Origin: Eledone cirrhosa
Taxonomy: Eukaryota
Direction of reading: 5' to 3'
DNA: 64,000 nucleotides
NCBI GenBank assembly: GCA_964016885.1
Contig: OZ024757.1
Location: forward strand, 30,380,001 to 30,444,000
Within the stretch, counting starts at the first letter, position 1. Each line of letters begins with the position of its first letter. The notes below the pieces were generated by a model. The model saw nothing but the letters and a program-made list of their open reading frames with translations. It made no database searches and was not told where the DNA came from. Shown here one piece after another: positions 13,837-25,624 of this stretch. The position numbers and the translations under genes are program-made.

Positions 13837-14299
13837 GTAAGTAAGTGTGGTCGGATAAACGTCGAAACGGCTTGGTGGAATGTAGCGAAAATTTACACAG
13901 TTATGCAGAATGACCCGAAGAGGCGTTGGGTCAACTTTTAGGGTACAAGCTTCCATGGTTACGAGAAATTCGATGAAACAGGAATTTCCCATTCAAATTG
14001 AACTGAGAGTAATCTGTGAATGCAGAAGTCAATATTTCGAGAAACGTTCCAACCGAACGAAAACAGGAAGACGATATTTTGGTTCGTGAAGACGTTCCCT
14101 GGCAATGAACGGGAAAAAAAGCGAGGATAATACGTCGTTATGTGAAGCGAGAAGAACAATTTCATGCAAAGACAAGACCAAGTTTATGGTATAAATGGAG
14201 TCGTTAGACTAATATTCTATTTAACATAACAGAATGATTTCCAGCCCCGGAGTTTAAGAATGATGTAAATAAAATTGAAAACGAAAATGACAGAGGTTA

Positions 14300-14583
14300 T
14301 TAAAATAGTAAAAAGGGAAAAATTAGAAATAAGAGGGATCAGATGTTGTTTACTCGAGAGAAGACTACGTTGGTATGGTCACGTGATGCGCATGAAAGAC
14401 GACAGCTGTATAAAAAAGTGCAGGGCAATAAAAATAGACGGTAGCCATGGAGTAGGCAGACCCAGAAAAACCTGGGACGACTTGATAAATTCCGACCTCA
14501 CACACTTACACCTCTCCAAGACAATGTCGCTGGACCGAGATCTTTGGCGCTACACAGTAATACAGAAGACCCGCCTTACCTAA
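14300..14583 (+). mobile_element. RTE-clade LINE 3' fragment
   Basis: RRLRWYGHVMRM...GRPRKTW...DRDLWR motif. Confidence 0.85.
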
Positions 14584-15059
14584 GTACAAAGTGAAACCTA
14601 CTACAGTCAGTAGGCACCTCTAACAAAAATACACCCCCACCCCATCCACACTACCCCTTTCAATGTAAAGTTATGTTGGTACCACAACATCCAGTCCGAA
14701 ACAAATGAGGTCGTGTAGGTGTCACGACAAAAAAAACACACAGTCCACGCTGTAATGTGGCCGTGTAGGTAACACGGTAAAAACCTCCCAGTTCACACTG
14801 TAAATGTGGTTGGTGTTAGGAAGGGCATCCAGCCGTAGAAAACCTGCCAGACAGTCCTATGCGAGCAAGACAACACTCTTGCCTCAAGAGGGAAAACTCC
14901 CGTCCAAACCCATGCAAGCGTGGAAGATGGACGTTAAACGATGATGATGATGATGAAATAGTGAAGATTTAGGCCAGTACATACGTATGCCCCGATGGAC
15001 ATACACATACATACGCACACACAAATACATGCCCCCCCCCCAAACACACACACGAGCGG

Positions 15060-15501
15060 GCGCGCGTGTATAAACCTTATGCATTTCTACAGTATTTTCA
15101 CCAAACTTAAGACATAGGTTACTTATGTACTCCGGATGGTCATGGGCACTTTCATTTTTACAGATATTGATTATAGGGTTTCCCGCAGATAACTCCCTTT
15201 AACCACTTCCTTGGAGTCGACTGAAGAACTGCAGTGCAATGCAACAAAACGTTATAACTTCTGGAGTTCACAACCGATTTTCACAAAACTTGACACATGG
15301 GCTACGTTTGTTCTACAGATGAATGTGAACTCTCAGAATTGGCACATATTGAGTAGGGGACCCCTGGGGGCAGGAACCCTCTTTTGGAAAAAGCCGATGA
15401 TTTTGTAAAAGTATAGTTTCCGAAGTAGCACTGAGGTATTGACATAAATGGTTTACACAACTGCTATCTAATACCCGAGCAACGCCGGGTACCTCTGCTA
15501 G
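15060..15501 (+). mobile_element. Helitron-like element, 3' part (5' boundary approximate)
   Basis: tacccg(agcaacgc)cgggta hairpin and CTAG|T end like the copy ending at 47457. Confidence 0.65.
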
Positions 15502-16479
15502 TATGTATATATATATATATATATCGAAAGGTTGTGAGTTCAATTCTCAGACCGGGTGATGTGTTGTTTCCTTGAGCAAGACACTTTATTTCACATTGCT
15601 CCAGTTTACTCAGCTGTAGAAATGAGATGATAGGGACTGGGGTCCCTATCATTCCACTGCAAAGTGGTCGTGCAGGTGACACGGCAAAAAAGCACCCAGC
15701 ACTCACTGTAAATGGGGTTGGTGTTAGGAAGGGCATCCAGCTGTAGAAATCAAGCCAAAATCAGTTCCCGTCCCACCCTTGCAAGCAGGGAAAAAGCGGA
15801 CGTAAAATGAAATGATGAAATGAATGTGTGTGTGTATGAATATGCATATATTTATATACATGAGTATATAAATAAAAATGTGCAAACACAGACACTTACA
15901 AAAATACATTCATACAAACATACACATACACTCACACAGTGCAGCAAATGGAACGCGAGCTGGTGTTTTGCTATAGTTTTTCCACCATCCCCTTTCTTCC
16001 TTTTTCTCACATACATTCGCACACAGATAGTGTGATGGATGGAAGTCGCTCAACTTTATATATGGCAATGAATTGGCAGTGTTGTTAGGACGTCGAGTAG
16101 AATGGTTTGCAGAATTCTCTCTGGCTTTCTGCTCTTAGAGTTCAAATCCCACCAAGGTCAGCTATACTTTTTATGTTTTCGAGGTTGATAGAAAAAATAA
16201 AGGACCAGTCCAGTACTGGGGTTGATTCTTCCTCTATATCTCTTTCTCACTTCCTCTCCACCACTCACTCACTCTCTCTCTCCTTCTCTAGAAGGAATCA
16301 GCTGTGTTCAGACTTGGAGAAGGGATGGTCTCTGCCAGGTTTGATGTACCCAACAAGCCTCATGCTCTTACAACTATGTCAAGAGTAATGTAAAATATCT
16401 TCAAATTATTAACATCAACCACCATCCTTATATTTTCCCAATGGTTTACTATTTGTTGTGGAACTAACTTCTCTATATA

Positions 16480-16702
16480 TATTTAATTAGAAAGTAAACA
16501 ACACAATATAACTACTCCATTACCAAAGGTTTCAGGACCCTCGACAATATCAACATACGTCTAGTTCGCTCATCAGATGAAAAGTTAAGATCCATAACTT
16601 TTCATCTGATGAGCAAACTAAATGTGTGTTAATATTGTCGAGGGTCCTGAAACCTTTGATAATGGAGTAGTTATATTGTGTTGTTTACTTTCTAATTAAA
16701 TA
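16480..16702. repeat. Near-perfect palindrome, about 108-bp arms and 7-nt spacer (inverted Penelope-like termini)
   Basis: Arms read directly as reverse complements with a few transitions. Confidence 0.95.
16515..16582 (-). ncRNA. Type I hammerhead ribozyme motif with long imperfect stem II, in the left arm of a palindrome
   Basis: Minus strand UUUCAU-CUGAUGA-(36 nt)-GAA-ACC(UUU)GGU-A-AUGGAG. Confidence 0.6.
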
Positions 16703-16760
16703 GTTCTGTATTTTACATAGAGCAGTCATTTTTCCTTTGCTTTTTCTTTGGAAATACTTA

Positions 16761-16791
<31 letters not shown>

Positions 16792-17373
16792 AAAGCATGG
16801 AATAGCAGTTGTGAAAAGATGACAACAATTTATCATATGTGTGTATGATACTATATATTTAATATAGAATATATTTTCATCCTTTTTGAAATTGTTTGAT
16901 TTAAAAATTTTTTTTAAATATAATTTTACCTTAAAAATCACTGAATTAATTTTGTTGTTATTATTATCATTATTATACTTTGTGTCAACCCTTATGGTTA
17001 ATAAAGAAAGAAACCATTATTATTATTATTATTATGGCAGTATCAGTAGAGGGTCAAACGCCATGCTTTGCAGCATAGAGTTACCGCCTTTTATGATCCG
17101 AGTTCAAATCCCGCCGAGGTTAACTTTGCCTTTCATCCTTACGGAGTCAATAAAATAAAGTACCAGTAACGTACTGGGGTCGATTTAATCGACTTTCCCT
17201 TCCCCCAAAATTGCTGGCCTTGTGGCTATATAAGAAACCATTATTATTATTATTATGGATGTAAAACTCTCACTGTTTTGTAATTTATACATATAATGCC
17301 AATATGGCAAGAATGTAAAATATATTGCCGTTATTATGATTATTGAGAATAAATTAAATATTTTTTTCTTCAG

Positions 17374-17380
17374 GCTGTAT
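17374..17380 (+). CDS. DIPK1: DIPK1/FAM69 candidate 7-nt micro-exon (G CTG TAT)
   Basis: tttttttcttcag|GCTGTAT|gtatgt; converts phase 2 to phase 0 and gives K-L-Y joined to the next exon. Confidence 0.5.
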
Positions 17381-17452
17381 GTATGTGGAAAGTTTGTCAA
17401 CATATTTTTTATTTTCTGTTCTGTTTTTCTTTTACCCTACTTCACCTTTCAG

Positions 17453-17584
17453 AACGCCTTGGGTGTCAGCAAGAAAACCATGCTTATCTACTCGGCATTC
17501 ACCGGAATTCTTTTGTTTTCCATGATATGTGTGATAGTTGCAATATATGATCCCTGCAATGGAAGAGCTGTTCGAAACAGTTTG
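17453..17584 (+). CDS. DIPK1: DIPK1/FAM69 exon encoding the transmembrane anchor (NALGVSKKTMLIYSAFTGILLFSMICVIVAIYDPCNGRAVRNSL)
   Basis: Polypyrimidine tract and cag acceptor, GTAAGT donor, 132 nt phase 0/0; hydrophobic helix followed by Cys as in type II FAM69 proteins. Confidence 0.85.
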
Positions 17585-17695
17585 GTAAGTAATTCATTTA
17601 CATTCCTATCCGCAACTACTTTACAGAGTGTACTGGGAACATTTATTATGTTAATTATCAGCACTATAACTAGGTACTTCTTTATTCATTTAGAC

Positions 17696-17880
17696 CAGGG
17701 TTTCCCAAACTTTTTCAAATGTTGATCCCTTTTTGGTTCAGAAACTTTTGGGGGAACCCCAAAGTCTAATACTGTTGTATGGTCGTAATATAAATATACT
17801 CCTCTACCTTTTTTCAATGAACCCCAGACACTCCTTTTCAAAAGCCTTGAATTCTGTGGAACCCACTTTGGGAACCACTG
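17696..17880. mobile_element. hAT (Charlie-like) MITE
   Basis: TIRs CAGGGTTTCCCAAA / TTTGGGAACCACTG; degenerate 8-bp TSD. Confidence 0.7.
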
Positions 17881-18536
17881 ATCTATTCTAATAGTTTCGT
17901 CCCTTGCACATCTAACCTATTGAATTCTCTTTCAACTTCTTACTTTCCTGGCCACTCCAATTTGCAAAAATTCAAAAACATCAATAATCAGCTTTTCTCT
18001 GTCTTGTCCTTCTATCTTCTCATCAACCTTTTGCATCTAGTGGCTTTATTGCCTTGCGGCACATGGTTTAGTGGTTAGAATGTCGGGAAAACAATCGTGA
18101 AGTTGTGAGTTTGTTTTTCGAACTGGGCTTTGCATTTGTTCTTGAGCACGGCACTTTATTTCTCGTTGCTCCAGTTTGCTCGGCTGTAGAAATGAGTTGT
18201 GATATCACTGGTGCCAAACTGTATCGGCCTTTGCCTTTCCCTTGGATAACATCGGTGGCATGGAGAGGGGAGACTAGTATACATGGGTGGCTACTGGTTT
18301 TCCACAAACAGCCTTGCCCAGACTTGTGCCTCAGAGGGGAACTTTCTAAGTGCAAATCCCATGGTCATTCATGACCGAAGGGGGCCTTTACCCTTAGTGT
18401 CAGCAAAAAAAAAAAAAAAAAGAAATGACATGGACTGTAGTCTGATAATGTAAACCTTTAGTTTTCAATAGTGTTTTATTTTTTAATTTTTCTCCAGGTT
18501 TAAATTAAAATTGTTTTGTTTTTCTATTATTTCCAG

Positions 18537-18644
18537 TGTGAGTTATATGAAGACGGAATGGTGTCTGGTAGCCTTTGTTATTCCTTGTGTAAAGAGAGGG
18601 CACCGGTATTGTCTAATTGCTTAAAACAGCGATCAAACCTGAAG
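18537..18644 (+). CDS. DIPK1: DIPK1/FAM69 Cys-rich exon (CELYEDGMVSGSLCYSLCKERAPVLSNCLKQRSNLK)
   Basis: ttccag acceptor, AAG|gtatat donor, 108 nt; CxxYxxGxxxGxxCxxLC...C pattern of the FAM69 N-terminal domain. Confidence 0.9.
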
Positions 18645-18675
18645 GTATATTAATATTCACGTTTCCCCTTAACAG

Positions 18676-20096
18676 CAGAGGTTTTGAACCACTGCCTCTC
18701 TCACGACCACGTAAAACCCTCAGTGAACCCCAACCCTATTTCCAGAAAGACCTGCCTACACTCAAATTGTAAATACCGTATATACTTGCAGATAGGGCGC
18801 ATACCCACTTTTCATTTAACAAATAGGCTATTTGCCATTGATTCGCAGATAGGTCGCACTGAAATTTGGACCGTCAAACTACTATTTTTTATGATAATTG
18901 AAACTAATAATCTGTTAGCTTTCCATTACTTTGCCGTTGCGATATATACTCCAAACCATGTTTTATTTATAAAATAAACATTAACGTCATCGAAATTTTG
19001 TCAATTCGAGATTACTGCGAGATAAAGCCTTTAAGCGCGAAAATTAACTCTAAACAACTTGAAATAACACGTGTTTTTTAACGTTGAAAGTATAACAGAT
19101 TTTTAGCGTATCAACATGGCTTCCCAAAGTAGCGAATACCGACTTTGAAGGTTTTACATGTGACGACATTCGAAATGAAAAAGAAACACAAGATAATATT
19201 AGTGAGTTATCTTCAAATGAATCAGACGTATTTATTTCTGACGATGATAGTTACTTTGAAAGTGAAAGCAAAGATCTGACGGACACCATTGAAAATATTA
19301 CAGCAACGTGGTTGAAAGATAACAGACCAATACAAGTTCACACCTATTTCCAAATTCTTCTGCATACCAACCACCTTTAACTTGAAAACTGTTTGATAAC
19401 TTTTTCTCTTACCGGAATTCATATTTCTCAGTGAATTCTAAAAAAAATTTCAACTATCAACTTTTCTCAATTGGTAATTTTGAAAAGCAATGCCATATGC
19501 AATAATCTGTTTCTTGTTAAAGTAAATTTGTCACAATATGTGTTCATAGCAACGCTAAGACAATGAAATCACATTTTAAATACTGGGTATACATTTCTAT
19601 GGATTTTAATGACGGATGGTTCGGTCAGATAGAAAAAAACATAAATACTACAAAGTTTTAGTAAAAAATTTAAAATCAAGAAATATATGTATAAGAAAGT
19701 AGATATATGAAATTATTATGTTAAATAATAAAAAATATTAACAAAGTTATTTTTATAAATACCCATCGTTGATTAAGTCTATGAAAAATCATTGGTCAGT
19801 CTGATGTCGATCGGATAGGTCGCACCCCAAAAATTTATACTTATTTATCGTTAAAAAAGTGCGACCTATACGCGAGTATATACAGTAATATATAATAAAT
19901 AAAATCATCAATTTATATATAATGACAAATTTAATATATACTATGTATGAATAAATATATATATCTAATATATAGATATATATCTAATATACTAATATAT
20001 AATCTCTCCACTCCCCACCAACAACCCCTTAGACCCCAGCGCCCCCAACCACACACTAGGTGGTGGTGGTGGTAGTGCCCACTTTGAGAACCTCTG
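18676..20096. mobile_element. hAT (Charlie-like) MITE interrupted by the pogo/Tc2-like element
   Basis: Ends CAGAGGTTTTGAA / TTGAGAACCTCTG; imperfect 8-bp TSD cttaacag / ccttacag. Confidence 0.65.
18776..19885. mobile_element. Non-autonomous pogo/Tc2-like element with convergent ORF remnants
   Basis: TA target duplication; TIRs CCGTATATACT.GC..ATAGG.CGCA; subterminal GATAGGTCGCAC repeats; minus-strand KRKSYQTVFKLKVV/YAEEFGN. Confidence 0.8.
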
Positions 20097-20324
20097 CCTT
20101 ACAGTAACATTTGTGAAGGCATGTGGTTTTGTGGTTAAGGTGTTTGGCTTGCGTCCTTGAGCAAGACACTTTATTACATATTGCTCCATATTGCGATCAA
20201 GACAGTTCTAGCCTCGTGTTGGTGCAGCCCTCTCTCTTTCCAGCTGTCACATCATGGATGTTCCACTGAATTAATGGAAATAGAAGCTTAAGTAGGTGTC
20301 CATGACTGTCCGTGACTGCATAGT

Positions 20325-20395
20325 ACATATATATGTGTGTGTATGTATGCATATATATATATGTGTGCGTGTATGTATGCATATATGTGTGTATG

Positions 20396-20428
<33 letters not shown>

Positions 20429-20544
20429 ATATATACATATATTTTTATGTGTATATGTGTATATCTATATATGTGTATATGTTTGTATATATATATATAT
20501 GTATATATGTGTATATATATATATATGTATATGTGTGTATATGG

Positions 20545-20589
<45 letters not shown>

Positions 20590-20730
20590 AGTATATATGT
20601 GTGTGTGTGTATATATATATATTTTTATGTGTATATTTATATATGTGTATATCTATATATGTGTTTGTATATATATATATATGTATATGTGTTTATATGT
20701 GTGTGTATATGTATATATGTGTATATATAT
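20325..20730. repeat. (TA)n/(TG)n microsatellite block, representative; others at 280-375, 577-720, 21460-21545, 42460-42740, 48590-48935, 55790-56030
   Basis: Simple dinucleotide and tetranucleotide repeats. Confidence 0.97.
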
Positions 20731-21024
20731 AGAAATATTAAAACAATGAAATTAAACAAAAAATGGTTAATTCACAGTAAAACTCATTATTTTACGATCG
20801 TTTCTGGGGGTAGCACCCTGTATGTCCATTCATTTATTGATCTATGTAAAATATATTACAAAATATCATAGTAAGAAAAAATACATACGTCTTCACTACC
20901 CGCTGTCTTCAGATCAATAATTGAATGGACATACGGGGTGCTACCCCCCAGAAACGATCGTAAAATAATGAGTTTTACTATGAATTAACCGTTTTTTGTT
21001 TAATTTCATTGTTTTAATATTTCT
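20731..21024. repeat. Inverted repeat, about 113-bp arms and about 67-nt spacer (Penelope-like)
   Basis: agaaatattaaaac...ttattgatct mirrored by agatcaataa...aatatttct. Confidence 0.92.
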
Positions 21025-21459
21025 GTTTTTGACTCTGTATCCAATGAATTATATCGGTGAAAATTTTGTATTTTAAACTTTGCTTCACAACATCTACATA
21101 CGAATTACATTGAGTTTCTTCATACGGTTTAGACCCTACCATTGATTGGTAGATTTATCTGTATATATATATATGTATATATAAGTATATATGTATATAT
21201 GTGTATGTGTGTGAATGTATATATGTGTATGTGTGTGAATACGTCTGAATGTCGTTATGCAGTCAGAGTATAAATGTGGATTTGTATAGACTTTGCAAAA
21301 ATGAGGGGACACACACAGACAACATCAGTTTTATATATATATATATATGTGTATGTGTGTATGCAAATCAAGTTCCTCTGACCTGATCTCTCACAAAAGG
21401 GGTGCCCATGCTAGCATGGAAAATGGACGTTAAACGATGATGATGATACACACACACAC

Positions 21460-21512
<53 letters not shown>

Positions 21513-23364
21513 CATGCACATACTTACATACATACATATACACACGTACAAGTTAGCTAGTTATAACACAGCTTGGCTAATAAGCAGTCACTAGCTGTGT
21601 TCAGTTGACTGCAATGACCCTACACACAGCACTGTTAGATCTATAAAAAAAGAAAACTATACATAACGTTGCTGTGACAAGCTAAATAAAGGTCACACTA
21701 AAATAAACCCTGTTTCCATCTACAGGTCAGCTAGATGTAGTTCGCTTTCTCTATCTCTCATGTTTGATGTTACGCTGGGTGAAGACGATGTCTGTGTTTG
21801 TTCACTACTACATGTAGGATGATATGATGCATGAAAAGGAATGTACTTTCTAGGACTGAGTCATACCTGATAACTAGTGGCAGGCAAAGATATATTAATC
21901 TCTCTACCATTGTTACTATTGTGAATACTAATGGGGTTAATTGATTAACTGGATGTGTTCCATAAATAAACATTTCGTAATATCAGAGGTATTTATTGTG
22001 AGGGTCGGAAGGACCCTTCAGTTGTATCAAGGATGTGACGCCCTCCCTGGTGGTGATGATTTACATGATAAACACACAGTATATTCTCTAAAGTGATTAG
22101 TGATAAGAAGGCCATGCAGCCTTTGAAATCTTGCCAAACAAAGGGTTGGGAGGACCCTCAGTTGTATCAAAGGCATAACAACCTCTCCTGAGCACCTGAT
22201 GGAACATGAGACCATACATAAGCGGGACATAGATCTCTGGCTTTCTTGTTAGATCAGAGGCTCCGCTTCAGTGCAGACTTGGCCTATATAGACTCGTGCA
22301 ACCCTTGGCAGCAGGGAAAGTGGACATTAAAACGACACTGAGGATGATGATAATCAGGATATATAGAAATAAGTTATTGTTTATTTTAATACTAGTGAAC
22401 TACTAGTGGACCACTGCCATCAATAAAGATGGGTAATATCCAGTTGCTTGGATCCAGCCAGATCAATTGGAGACAGTTGTTTCTGACACAACTTGCTGGA
22501 AGGCTTGCTTGGACCTTCCCAGGAATAAGTGGGCGAAGAATAATAATCTAAGATTGGTATGCCATATATACCAGGACTACTGGATATATGAACAGTCATA
22601 CAAGCTAGGAAATCTTACATAAGTTTCTGCACTCTATTGATTGCTCTAACGATTAGAGTAGTGCTTTAAAGGGTTTTAGTTGACTCAGGGTTTAAAATAA
22701 GTACAATATATCCCTGCATATTGTAAGAAGCAACTATAAGGAGGAAGAGGAAAGTCAATTGCATTGACCCTTGATACTTGACTGGTACTTTATATTTTAT
22801 TGGTCCCAGAAGGATGAAAGTCAAATTTGACCTCGGCAGGATTTGAACTCAAAATGTCTTCTTCTGAGAAGGTTGTGGAGGTAACACTCCTTCCAACGGG
22901 TTCTGTCAGAAGCAACCGTCTCCAATCATTCCAGCTGGATCCCCAACATATGTTTTTACCTTTTGTTAAGTTTCATTACAAATACAATCTTAATGAAAAA
23001 ATTCTTCATTAATTAATTTGAATACTGTATAGTTCATTAGAAATATGCTAATGAAAAGGTTAAAAGTCACCAATACAATTCAGTACGTGTCTCGTTTGTT
23101 TGTACACTTCAGCCATTAGCATTTAAACCGACCATATCCAGCCAGAACTCTCTCATCTCTTTCTGTTCAAACCGGCCATAACCGGCTGCTCATACTTATG
23201 TTAAGGTATTGTTCTTAAAATAAATAATATCAAAATCTTGTAGATTCGATATTGTGAGAAAAAGGGTTTACTTCTGAAAATATAATAGTGTATATAGAGT
23301 AATGTAAATGTTAAAGGGTTAAACATACTTTCTTATATTTTATTTTATATTTTTTTCAAAACAG

Positions 23365-23583
23365 GAATTTTTATGGGGCCGTAATCTATTGGTAAAAGTA
23401 AATATGGCTCCCGACAACAGCAATATTTTAGACACGGTGCTCTTGGAGCCATGGGAAGGAATCAAACAGGATCAATTTACTCGCATGATTGATAAATATT
23501 TGAAGGATCAGTTAGGTCCTGGTGACTATACAGCCACTTTACATAAAATCCTCAACTTTGGAGATTTCAATACCAATGGATTA
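23365..23583 (+). CDS. DIPK1: DIPK1/FAM69 exon ending in the EF-hand-like loop (GDFNTNGL)
   Basis: acag acceptor, GTAAGT donor, 219 nt phase 0/0; joins LTYGEARSLWSLLQ, matching the FAM69 D.N.....S..EA.S.W.LLQ motif. Confidence 0.9.
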
Positions 23584-25624
23584 GTAAGTTACCTTTTCAC
23601 ACTTTCTTTTAAAGTTCTTTTCTTATTGTTGGTTTTCTGTTTGTTGATTTGTGAATATCGGCAAGATCTACTCTTGCCTGTATATGTGTGATCATCATCA
23701 TTTCACATTTATTTTTCATGCTTGCATGGGTTAGATAGGTTTGACGGATTGTCACATTATGAGGCTTCACAGGTCAGCTGATCACTTCTTGCTATTACGT
23801 TACCTTTTTCGGATTGGTTTCTATGGTTTCATGTCCTTTCTTATCCCAACCACTTTAGAGTTTGTACTGGGAGCATTTTATTGCGACTCCGGCACTACTA
23901 CCTTATAGGGTGGACTGGGTGATTTATTGTGACTCCCACATTATTGCTTTGCAGGGTACACTAGGTGCTTTTATTGTGACACCAGCACTACCACTTTACA
24001 GAGAAGACTGGGTGCTTTTATCGGAGCTCCTCAGTATTACCATACAGGGTGGACTGGGTACTTTTATTGTGACTCCTGCACTGCCACCTTACAAGGTAGA
24101 CTGAATGCCTTTATTGTAAAACCAGTACTACAACTTTACAGAGTGGACTGGGTGCTTTTATCAGGGCTCCTGCAGTACCACCTTACAGGGCTGCCTGGAT
24201 GCTTTTATTGTGACTTGAGTACTACCACCTTATAAGGTGGACTAAGTACTTTTATCATGGCTGTAGCACTACCATCAATAGAAATGGTAAATGCTCTGAA
24301 AAATCAGGCAAGAACCTTTATAATATTGAATGTTTTCAAGTTCAATATTCTTTTATACCTTTTATTAGTTTCAGTAATTGGACTGAAGCCATGCTGGAGC
24401 ACTGCCATAAAGGTTTTATTTGATGGGAGGCTGCATATATCTGATTTAGAATAGATACACCATATCCCTGTGTGTCGTAAGAAGTTACTAAAGAGGTTGG
24501 TGCCAGGAAGGGCATCTGGCTGTAAAACAATGCTTCAAAATGTCCTGTTGAATCCATGCCAGCATGGAATAGTCAATGTATAAACGATGATGTTAGTGAG
24601 TAACCTAAAGTGGAAACGTTTATGACAGCTTGAGCGTTGCATAAAATATATATTTGTTGAACAAATGAAGAAAATTTTATTTGTCAAATGTTATAGAATT
24701 TTGATTGTATGTCATCTTAATGTAAGCTGTTTTAAAGCAGATTCTTTTTTAGTATGGAAAAATAGTCAAGTTTGGCATATAAATCCCTAGTTTGTCTTCA
24801 GCCCAGTGGCTCATCGGGCCGGTGCTTATTCCAGTTTCTGTTGCGTTAAGTGACCGAAAGTACAAAACTCCCCCTCTTGGACAAGACACCAGTCTATCGC
24901 AGGGTAAACCCCCAGCTATTGCTGGTACTCATTTTCAGTTGAGTATACTGGAGCAATGAGAAATGAAGTGTTTTGCTCAAGAACACAACACACAGCCCAG
25001 TCCATGAATTGAACCCACAACATTATGATCATAAATCCAACACCCTTACCACTAGACTACCCACCTACAAAAAGAAACCTGCAGTGAAGTATGTATGTAT
25101 GGTCCCGCAACTCCTGATAGAGTTGCACGGGCACCATATTGACATACGGCCTTTCTTGGGCATTTTAAGCCTGGCAGAGGCCATTCCTCTCCAGGCCTGC
25201 TGAGTACAGCAGATTTCTTCCAGAGAAAGATAGAAAGTGATAAAGAGGAAATTAGAAAATGATGTAGAAGAAGAATCAGCCCCAGTACTAGATTGGTACT
25301 TATTTTATGGACCTTGAAAGGATGAAAGGCAAAGTTGACCTTGGCATGATTTGAACTCAGAGAGCAGAAACGAATACCATAAAGCATTCTATCCGACTTT
25401 ATAATGACTCTGCCAATTCGCTGCCTTACCTGCATTGAAGTAGCTTAGGTTAAACTAACATACATTCAAAGTTCAACATTTGTTCAACACTTCAGAATGG
25501 TTTTCTTGTTTTGTTTTCTTTATTTATTGTTTTAGAAAAATGTTGGTATGATATAGTTGTTCTTTCCTGTTCTCAATTTCTTCTTGTAAATTCGTTTTGC
25601 AACTGTGTGTTGCCTCTTTTTCAG

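Noticed and set aside
13850-14230. CpG-richer stretch as a separate gene or promoter
   Set aside because: ORFs on both strands are short and unrecognisable; it cannot be distinguished from a TE remnant
20296-20871. YI/CV-rich ORFs here and at 8-856, 42428-42778, 48557-49091, 55747-55996
   Set aside because: Dinucleotide microsatellite translations
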